A stretch of DNA of 43,276 nt from a virus (Duplodnaviria; Caudoviricetes). Under the pieces are notes generated by a model. It saw only the letters and a program-made list of their open reading frames with translations, had not been told where the DNA came from and ran no database searches. The stretch lies in the IMG/VR virus record IMGVR_UViG_3300005077_000078, positions 1-43,276 of that record. The stretch is one strand, 5' to 3'. Positions 1-6,495 of this stretch are shown one piece after another (position 1 is the stretch's first letter; the number at the start of each line of letters is the position of its first letter). The position numbers and the translations under genes were made by a program.

Positions 1-1
1 T

Positions 2-193
2 CAGACTCCAGGCACCGCCGTCCAGTTCCGCATCCGCGCCTTCAACCGCGCCATCACGGCAGTCATGGACGGGACTCTGCTCGTCGGGCTGAATGTCGGG
101 CCGCGCCGGTACGGGATCTGGTCAGAAAACGGAGAGGTCAACGTCATCGACATCGAAGCGCCTGGCGGCTGCGGAAGGCCGGCGCTCCGATGA
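2..193 (+). CDS. 5'-truncated hypothetical protein (C-terminus ...VQFRIRAFNRAITAVMDG...GRPALR)
   Basis: Open frame from base 2 with GC3-rich codons. Its TGA overlaps the ATG of the next gene (ATGA at 190-193). Confidence 0.6.
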   Translation, partial: QTPGTAVQFRIRAFNRAITAVMDGTLLVGLNVGPRRYGIWSENGEVNVIDIEAPGGCGRPALR

Positions 194-864
194 GGCCGGC
201 ACTTGGCAGACCAACGCAGCCTAGCGAGATCGGCAGGATCAACAGGCTGGTCACATTTGCCACGATCAAATACTTTAACCCAATGCTTGACTATGGCTGC
301 GGAAACGAGGTCGTTACCAACGCCATCAGGGAATGGGGGATGCGCGTAGACGGCGAGGATGAACACAACTCCGGCACGAACATCGGACCATACAAAGCGG
401 CAACTTGCTTCGACGTTATTGAGCATTGCGACACCCCGTTCCTTGCGATGTCCAGCATTAGGTCGCGGCTTGTAGATGACGGCATCCTGCTCATGACTGC
501 CCCGAACCGTTGGTGGCTGTTCGAGACTCACGCAGCCCGCCCGTGGAACAGGCTGCCGTTCTTCAACTGGGGGCCGTGGAGACATTGGCTCCGCCGCAAG
601 GTCGGGCGCAACGTCCCGTGCTACACCAAGCGCGAGATCAGGGAGTTGGTCGAGGCGGTTGGATTCGATGTCGTTGACATCGGCTATCAGGTGGCCCCGC
701 TCGACAACGCGCCCTGGCTTAGGCGGCTGGTGTGGGACTGGCACACGACCAAGATCCCGTTCTTTGCCGTGGAAATCTACGTCGTGGCGGTGAAGCGATA
801 CGGCCCCGTGGAGTGCCTCATCCTAGACGACGACTGGCCCATCAAGATCGAGGTTAAGCCGTGA
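190..864 (+). CDS. Class I SAM-dependent methyltransferase (Methyltransf_11/23-like, small-molecule/sugar type)
   Basis: Motif I MLDYGCG, FDVIEH, LVDDGILLMTAPN and LVEAVGFDVV. No DPPY/NPPY or PC motif of DNA methyltransferases. Confidence 0.85.
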   Translation: MRPALGRPTQPSEIGRINRLVTFATIKYFNPMLDYGCGNEVVTNAIREWGMRVDGEDEHNSGTNIGPYKAATCFDVIEHCDTPFLAMSSIRSRLVDDGILLMTAPNRWWLFETHAARPWNRLPFFNWGPWRHWLRRKVGRNVPCYTKREIRELVEAVGFDVVDIGYQVAPLDNAPWLRRLVWDWHTTKIPFFAVEIYVVAVKRYGPVECLILDDDWPIKIEVKP

Positions 865-1364
865 ACATCCTCGCCATCGATCCGGGGACCACAAAATCAG
901 GTGGCGTCCTGATAACATGCGAAGAGAGTGCGCTGAGGCCGAGGATCCTGGCGCATTGGAGTGACGTTGACAACGACGAGCTACTGAAGCTCATGGGGTC
1001 CAATAGGCTCGGGTACCAGTTCTGCGCCGTGGAGGGAATGACGTTCCAGGGAAGGAAGTTCATCGGCAACGAGACGTTCTTGGCGTGCATCTGGGCGGGA
1101 AGGTTCATGCAGCGTGCGATGGACATGGGGTTCGCGAAGTGCGGCACGTCCCTCATAATGAGGAGGCAGGTACAGATAAACCTGCTCGGGTCAACTCTCG
1201 GCGGCGACAAGCACATCAGGGCCGCCATCATCGAAAGGTACGGCGGGAAGGCGGAGGCAATCGGAACGAAGTCCAAGCCGGGGCCTCTCTATGGGCTGAC
1301 GTCGCACGCATGGCCCGCGCTCGCTGTAGCCCTTACGGCCAACGACAAAAGGATGTACGAGTGA
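861..1364 (+). CDS. RuvC-like Holliday junction resolvase
   Basis: N-terminal ILAIDPGT, second acidic residue in AVEG, C-terminal helix HAWPALAVA, 167 aa. GTGA overlap with the upstream gene. Confidence 0.75.
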   Translation: MNILAIDPGTTKSGGVLITCEESALRPRILAHWSDVDNDELLKLMGSNRLGYQFCAVEGMTFQGRKFIGNETFLACIWAGRFMQRAMDMGFAKCGTSLIMRRQVQINLLGSTLGGDKHIRAAIIERYGGKAEAIGTKSKPGPLYGLTSHAWPALAVALTANDKRMYE

Positions 1365-1630
1365 TGATCGACATCGACGCCGTCGCCGACGAGTACCCCG
1401 ACATTTCGATGATGCGAATGGACGGATAAGACGACTGCTGCGTCGGAATTGTCGTAAGGTTCGGGCACGGCCCTATCCTCTGCTACGACAAGGCCGCGGT
1501 TATCGCCAAGCTCGAGTCCGACGGCATGACCCCGGAGGACGCCGAGGAGTGGTTCGAGTTCAACATGATCGGGGCTTGGGTCGGCGAGGGCACGCCGTGC
1601 TTCCTGGACAGGCGTACTGAATCGACGTAG
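1364..1630 (+). pseudogene. Conserved small phage protein interrupted by an in-frame TAA at 1427-1429
   Basis: Reads MIDIDAVADEYPDISMMRMDG*DDCCVGIVVRFGHGPILCYDKAAVIAKLESDGMTPEDAEEWFEFNMIGAWVGEGTPCFL. This matches a recurrent phage family pattern DG(F/Y)DD..G...YD...GM..E.A.E.F.FN..GA.VG..TP.F. Confidence 0.75.
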
Positions 1631-1650
1631 AGTCGTACTGAATCGGCGTA
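1613..1650. repeat. 17-bp direct repeat CGTACTGAATCG(A/G)CGTA x2, period 21 bp
   Basis: Copies at 1613-1629 and 1634-1650 with one mismatch. Confidence 0.8.
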
Positions 1651-1949
1651 TGCGCCTCGAGGGCGGCCGGCCGGCCGAAGCCGGCCGCCGCCCCCGGCCG
1701 GGCACCGGGCGCGACCCGCCGCGGATGGGCGGGGCCCGTCTCCCGGCCCGGCCCCCTGCCTCAAGGGCGGCCAGCCCGTCCGCGGCCAGCCCCCCGCCCG
1801 GAGCGGCCCAGCCGGCACCTGGACGGCCAGCCGGCAGCCGGTGCCGGCGGCCCCACTACCGACGCACCCGGCCGCCTGCCGGGGCTCGAGGCCCTCCGGC
1901 TGCTCGAGCGCTGATAGGCGCTTTCAACGCTCGAGCAGGAACAGGCAGG

Positions 1950-1986
1950 CAAGCGAAAGCCCCCCCGGCCGGAGCCGGGGGGGCTT
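1950..1986 (-). terminator. Intrinsic terminator closing the inverted island
   Basis: Perfect 13-bp stem AAGCCCCCCCGGC/GCCGGGGGGGCTT (1957-1986) with a 4-nt loop. On the minus strand it ends in CTTTCGCTTG. Confidence 0.75.
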
Positions 1987-2016
1987 GCTGATACTTGCGC
2001 CGACGCCCTGCCAGGA

Positions 2017-2112
2017 TCAGCAGCAGGGCCAGGGCGACGCTTGGCCCAGCGTCGCGTTGATGGCAGCTTCGGGCGCGTGAGCGTAGACGCGCAGCCGCGC
2101 TCGCGTTGTCAT
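2017..2112 (-). CDS. Small ORF, 31 aa (MTTRARLRVYAHAPEAAINATLGQ...), possibly frameshifted
   Basis: GGAGG RBS upstream of ATG. A hydrophobic stretch VALALLLILAG continues in another frame. Confidence 0.35.
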   Translation of the reverse strand: MTTRARLRVYAHAPEAAINATLGQASPWPCC

Positions 2113-2160
2113 CGTGAATCCTCCAGGGATGCAGGGGCGGCGAGGGCCGCCCCCAGGTTG

Positions 2161-2352
2161 TTACCGCTCCTCGCTGCCGATCAGCTTGCACGCGATCAGC
2201 AGCGCGTCACGCGCCGTCGGCGCGGTTGCGAATGCATCGCCGGTATCGATAGTCCATGCCCCGTCCTGGTGCGTCACGACGCACAGCCAGCGGCTGCCGC
2301 GCCAGACGTTCCAGCAGACGTTGACGAACCTCTCGCAGTACAGGCGTCCCAT
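2161..2352 (-). CDS. Hypothetical protein, 63 aa (MGRLYCERFVNVCWNVWRG...)
   Basis: ATG overlaps the TGA of the DUF932 gene (TGATG), consistent with translational coupling. Confidence 0.6.
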   Translation of the reverse strand: MGRLYCERFVNVCWNVWRGSRWLCVVTHQDGAWTIDTGDAFATAPTARDALLIACKLIGSEER

Positions 2353-3410
2353 CACGCGCTCCGCGAGAGCGCGGCGGCGAGGTCGTAGGCCCGGACCTTG
2401 AGGTCGCGACCAGGGCCGAACCATGCGCTCTCCAGGCGCGAGTCCTGCGAGCGGCCGCGCTGGTGATCGACATATTCGGTGACGGCATTGTACATCGTCC
2501 AGACGCTGCCCTTGCTGTTGATGCCCAGCGCGTCGAACCCGATCAGCTCGCCCTCGTAGAGGGCCTTGATCTCGTTGCGGACGTTCTTGGCGCGGGTCGC
2601 GCTCACCTCCTGGAGCTTGCCGTTGACGATCTTCGGCGCGGGATCCGGGAACAGCGAGTTGAGGTAGGCGTCCAGCATCGCGCTGCTCGCCTGCTGCTGC
2701 GCCATCGCCTGCATCGTCGCGCAGGCGAGGTCGTAGTCGCACAGAACGGGAGCGAGCGCGGCCTGGAGATCGTCCAGCCGCTGGTGCACGCCGGAAGTGT
2801 GCGAGAGCTTGATCATGCTCTTCACGCCGCGAGCCCCGGCGTCGCTGCGTGCGAGCGTGTTGGCGCATACGACGCGCACCGTGGTCGGCTGAACCTGGAC
2901 GCTGCGGCGTCCGTCGTGACCCGTCGAGAGCAGCAGGTAATGTTGGACAGCATCGTCGCCGGTGATGATGCGCCGCTCGCCGATGCGGGCGAGGATCCAG
3001 ATTGTGCGGCCCTTGTGCAGCGAGCCAGCCGTCTCCAGCATCGCGAGACCGTCGCGCACGAACTGGTCGAAGAACTTGAACGCATCGGCGTTCTGCACGG
3101 GCGAGTAATCCTCGCCGACAACGCCCAGGATGCGCCGCGTGTCGCCGCGCATGATCGCCTTGTGCTTCACCGGCAGATGCTGGACCATGTTCTCGATCAG
3201 CGGCTCGCCGTCGGCGGCGTCGATGTTGACGGTGCTGCTGGTGACGTGCGCGAACAGAGGAACCTCGATGACCGGCCAGCCTAGGCCGGACTGCGTGATC
3301 GCCTCTTCGGTCGTGAGCCCGTCCGCTACGCGCACGCCCAGGCCGTGCCACGGCTTGCCGTTGCTGCCGACGTACATCATGCTGTCGTCGTTCGTGATTC
3401 CGTGCGACAT
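2352..3410 (-). CDS. DUF932 / phage-plasmid protein (TIGR03299-like)
   Basis: PWHGLG, LGVVGEDYSPVQNADAF, ETAGSL..GR..WILA, YLLLSTGHDG, RVVCANT and W..YNAVTEYVDH. Start MSHGIT with a GGAGG RBS. Confidence 0.9.
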   Translation of the reverse strand: MSHGITNDDSMMYVGSNGKPWHGLGVRVADGLTTEEAITQSGLGWPVIEVPLFAHVTSSTVNIDAADGEPLIENMVQHLPVKHKAIMRGDTRRILGVVGEDYSPVQNADAFKFFDQFVRDGLAMLETAGSLHKGRTIWILARIGERRIITGDDAVQHYLLLSTGHDGRRSVQVQPTTVRVVCANTLARSDAGARGVKSMIKLSHTSGVHQRLDDLQAALAPVLCDYDLACATMQAMAQQQASSAMLDAYLNSLFPDPAPKIVNGKLQEVSATRAKNVRNEIKALYEGELIGFDALGINSKGSVWTMYNAVTEYVDHQRGRSQDSRLESAWFGPGRDLKVRAYDLAAALSRSA

Positions 3411-3477
3411 TGTGTTGCCTCCGTTCTGCTGGTGTTGTAGAGCGCGGCCAACATCGGCCGCGCCCCAGGTTGCGCGA

Positions 3478-3915
3478 CTACGAGTGCGTGTAGCCGCCGC
3501 GCTCGATGCCGATGGTAATCCCACCGGCCTGGAAGAAGATGGCACCGCCGTCCAGGACGCCGTCAACGCATTCGGCGTCCGGGTATACGACGGCGCGAAG
3601 CTCGCGAACCAGGTCACGGTGCCAGCGCACGCTGGCGTGGACAAGGGCGAGCATCTGCTTCGCCGTCACGCGCAAGGGCTCGCCCGGCGGGAACGGCTTG
3701 CCGTCGCTCACGCGATACGACGTGAGTGCGGAGAGAATCTCCAGGCGCGTCAGGTCGGCCGCTTCCTGCGCAGCGTCCGCTTCGGCGTCCAGGTCAACAT
3801 CGCGAAAGCTTACGACGCGCTGCGAGTGCATCGCGAAGCGGTCCACCGTCAGCAGCAGCGCGTAGACGAACTCCGGATCCAGGCTCGCGCCGACGGTCGG
3901 GTTGATGTCGCTCAT
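3478..3915 (-). CDS. Hypothetical protein, 145 aa
   Basis: AAGGGAG RBS before ATG, coherent codon usage, same operon as DUF932. Confidence 0.7.
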   Translation of the reverse strand: MSDINPTVGASLDPEFVYALLLTVDRFAMHSQRVVSFRDVDLDAEADAAQEAADLTRLEILSALTSYRVSDGKPFPPGEPLRVTAKQMLALVHASVRWHRDLVRELRAVVYPDAECVDGVLDGGAIFFQAGGITIGIERGGYTHS

Positions 3916-3918
3916 GAT

Positions 3919-3966
3919 TCACTCCCTTTCGCTGGCGGCGATTCGTGCGTGACAATGCTTGGCCAT
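3919..3966 (-). CDS. 15-aa mini-ORF MAKHCHARIAASERE
   Basis: GAGGTG RBS before ATG. Its stop lies 3 nt before the next ATG, and it contains that gene's RBS. Confidence 0.4.
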   Translation of the reverse strand: MAKHCHARIAASERE

Positions 3967-4076
3967 GTTTACACCTCGCTGGTTGAAGTGAGTGGGAGTG
4001 CAAGGCACTCGCGCTGCCGGTTCGCCGCACGCCGTGGGGACGCGCAGCCCTGTCGCGGAGCGCGAGCTATTCGAGA

Positions 4077-4087
4077 TTCAAAGAGCG
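4077..4087 (-). promoter_or_regulatory. boxA-like antitermination element CGCTCTTTGAA
   Basis: Resembles lambda nut boxA (CGCTCTTA) and rrn boxA (TGCTCTTTA). It lies in the long leader between the promoter and the first ORF. Confidence 0.55.
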
Positions 4088-4221
4088 AGCGGCGTGCTAC
4101 GGGCGCGGGGGGATCGCTTTACAGTCCCCGTGATGTTGCAGGCGCGAGGGCTGCCCAGGCCGCTGTCGAGACGCAATCCAGGATCCATCACAAGTATCGC
4201 TCAACACCCCCATAATCTTCA

Positions 4222-4250
4222 ACATTATTTCCAACTATATTTCATGGCAA
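4222..4250 (-). promoter_or_regulatory. Sigma70-type promoter for the inverted island
   Basis: TTGCCA-17 bp-TAATGT on the minus strand, in a locally AT-rich patch. Confidence 0.55.
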
Positions 4251-4401
4251 CAACGGGTTGTTGGCATAAAGGGTGCCCAGCAACACCGATCAAGGATCGT
4301 GCCAGCCCACCCTGTAGAAAAGTTTGCACAAGATCCGTGCCAAAATTCCGCCCTGCGAAATCGTGCCAACAACTCAACTTGCACGATTCTAAAATTCAAC
4401 C

Positions 4402-4431
4402 TTGACAAGATTTCCCGTCCCCCCTCATACT
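4402..4431 (+). promoter_or_regulatory. Sigma70-type promoter upstream of the terS-like gene
   Basis: TTGACA-18 bp-CATACT. Confidence 0.5.
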
Positions 4432-4478
4432 CCCCCAGGAATCCAGACCCCAAGCCAAGACGGACTGGAGACGCCCCC

Positions 4479-5153
4479 GTGAGCCCCGCCAAGCAAACAA
4501 CTCACGTTGTCAGGCATCCGGCGGCCACAAGGCTCAAGGCCCAGGCAGCCCTCGCCAGGGGGCTCTCACCGCAAGAGGTCGCTGACCTCCTTAGCATCCC
4601 AAAACATACAATTCTTCACTGGCGCAAGAAGTTCAACTGGCTGTCAATCAACGAGTTACAGGCCCAGGCCGAACAGGCAACACCCCAAGACAAACTCCTT
4701 CAAACCGCAGCAGGGCAACAACTTGCGACCGACGCTGCCGTCGCCGATCCGCGCCAGGAGGCGATCCTGGTCCAGCACCGCGCCCAGGCCGACCAGCTCC
4801 GGCTCCAGGTGGACAACGTCCTGGCCCTGCCGGACCTTGGTGCTGGCCCCAGGGGCAGCCCGGCCCAGGCGGCAGAGCGACTGTCGGCGACCCTGACCCG
4901 CCTGCATCAACTGGACCGGCAAGCCTACGGCATCCAGGAGCGGGCGCAGCAGGTCGTGGCCGTGATCGTCGTACCGGCCAGGGCCGCCAGCATGGCCGAC
5001 TGGCAGCGCACCGTCCAGGGAGCCGTAGCGGGAGCGTGCGCCGGTGCCAGCGACCCGTCCTTGCCTCGAAAGCGGGTTCCGGCTCGCGTGATCGAGGAGC
5101 CCGACGACGCCCAGGGCGACGCAGCCGCCGGAGGCGGCCGGAAGCGCCCCTGA
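4479..5153 (+). CDS. Putative terminase small subunit (N-terminal HTH)
   Basis: HTH GLSPQEVADLLSIPKHTILHWRKKFNW followed by a helical region. First gene of the rightward late block. GTG start with a GGAG RBS. Confidence 0.6.
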   Translation: MSPAKQTTHVVRHPAATRLKAQAALARGLSPQEVADLLSIPKHTILHWRKKFNWLSINELQAQAEQATPQDKLLQTAAGQQLATDAAVADPRQEAILVQHRAQADQLRLQVDNVLALPDLGAGPRGSPAQAAERLSATLTRLHQLDRQAYGIQERAQQVVAVIVVPARAASMADWQRTVQGAVAGACAGASDPSLPRKRVPARVIEEPDDAQGDAAAGGGRKRP

Positions 5154-5173
5154 CTCGCCGGGCCGCGCCCGCC

Positions 5174-5232
5174 CGGATGCGCCGTAGCGAAGCGTAGGCG
5201 CATCCATGGAGAGCCGCGAAGCGACCGCTCTC
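5174..5232. repeat. Two adjacent hairpins, each containing GCGAAGC
   Basis: GGATGCGCC...GGCGCATCC and GGAGAGC...GCTCTCC. GCGAAGC at 5187-5193 and 5216-5222. Confidence 0.7.
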
Positions 5233-5470
5233 CGGGCATGAAGAGTCACGCGACTAGCGTGACCTGTTGCAGGGAAGGGAGATGGATCAGCGTGAACGTT
5301 GGCATGTATCTGCCCTCGTTCTGTGGTGTCACTACCGGGATGGTGGTGGGGGGTTCTGGCTCTGGCTCGGGTTCTGTAGATGTTCCCCCGCCCAATTTTT
5401 CCGGTGCTACTGCGTTCTTGATGGATCGTGCGGTGATGTTCTACATGGAACATGAAAGGGCGGTGAGGGG

Positions 5471-5743
5471 ATGCTGATGCTGGACAGTCGGAAGGGCGGC
5501 GAGGTGGCGTACGAGGCGTTCAGGCGGAGTTTCGGGATGCTGGACCCGGTCAACGGGACCCGGACGGTGGTGTTCGAGAAGCTGCCGGTTCGGGTTCAGC
5601 AGGGGTGGATGGCGGCTGCAGGGGCGGTGCTGGCGGAGGTGAGCCAGGTGGCGGTTCCGGCGAAGGAGGAGGCCCCGGCCGTCCCGGAGGTCCCCGCGGT
5701 GCGTCCGGCGGGTCACGCGAAGCTGAAGGGCGGGAAGCGATGA
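5471..5743 (+). CDS. Hypothetical phage protein, 90 aa
   Basis: AYEAF...LP...QQGWMAAAGAV pattern seen in small phage proteins. ATGA overlap with the next gene. Confidence 0.65.
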   Translation: MLMLDSRKGGEVAYEAFRRSFGMLDPVNGTRTVVFEKLPVRVQQGWMAAAGAVLAEVSQVAVPAKEEAPAVPEVPAVRPAGHAKLKGGKR

Positions 5744-6000
5744 CCGAGACGACGAAGAGGCAGGCGCTCGAGGAGAAGCTGCTGGCGTTCGCGGACCTGG
5801 TCGAGGAGTACTGCGACGAGGAGGATGGGCTGGACATCCTCGGCCTGCGGGCCTCGATCAGCTTCGGGACGGCGGTGGACGAGATCGAGGCGCTGTACGC
5901 GCCGGCCGAGGAGGACCTGCGGGCCCGGACGCCGAAGCAGGGGGAGCCGGGATTCGCGTTCGACGAGGTCGTCGAGGGCGGGGACCACGTCGAGAACTGA
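5740..6000 (+). CDS. Acidic hypothetical protein, 86 aa (MTETTKRQALEEK...)
   Basis: Coupled start and GC3-rich codons. Confidence 0.65.
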   Translation: MTETTKRQALEEKLLAFADLVEEYCDEEDGLDILGLRASISFGTAVDEIEALYAPAEEDLRARTPKQGEPGFAFDEVVEGGDHVEN

Positions 6001-6018
6001 CCCAGGAGGTAGGGTGCC

Positions 6019-6495
6019 GTGACGAAGATTTCCCAGATGCCGAAGCCGCGGGACCCGCTGATGCGGAAGATCCTGCTAATTGTGGGGTTCCTGGTGGTGG
6101 TGGCCGCGGTGGCGGCGTGGCTGGGGGTGGACAAGGCCGACGCCGAGCCGTTCGCCTACGCTCCGGCGGACCCGCCGGCGACGATGCTGGCTCCCGGCGA
6201 CTCGCTGCTGGACTTCGGGGCCACGTTCGGGTTCCTGCCGGACTGCCTCGTCGTCTACAGCCAGGACGGGGCGGCCTTCAACATGGCGACCGTCACGGCG
6301 GCCAGGGCCACGGAGGTGGGGGCCCAGTTCGTCGAGGCGAATGCGGACACCATCTGCACGGCCGTCGCCGACGAGGTGACGATGACGCCGGGGGCCGGGT
6401 ACGTCGATTACGGGAGGTTCCGGTGGTTGGTCGCCCCGCAGGGGGCCGCCGGCCGCGACACGCTCATCGTGAAGATGTATCGGCTCTGGAGGTAG
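6019..6495 (+). CDS. Signal-peptide or membrane-anchored beta-rich protein, 158 aa
   Basis: AGGAGG RBS. Basic n-region, h-region ILLIVGFLVVVAAVAAWLG, and ADA/E cleavage-like site. Confidence 0.8.
   Translation: MTKISQMPKPRDPLMRKILLIVGFLVVVAAVAAWLGVDKADAEPFAYAPADPPATMLAPGDSLLDFGATFGFLPDCLVVYSQDGAAFNMATVTAARATEVGAQFVEANADTICTAVADEVTMTPGAGYVDYGRFRWLVAPQGAAGRDTLIVKMYRLWR

Noticed and set aside
1427-1429. Alternative genetic code (stop-codon reassignment)
   Set aside because: Only one internal stop was found. TAA, TAG and TGA all terminate well-supported genes.
1613-1650. Mini CRISPR array
   Set aside because: Only two 17-bp copies with a 4-bp gap. No spacer-length intervals and no cas genes.
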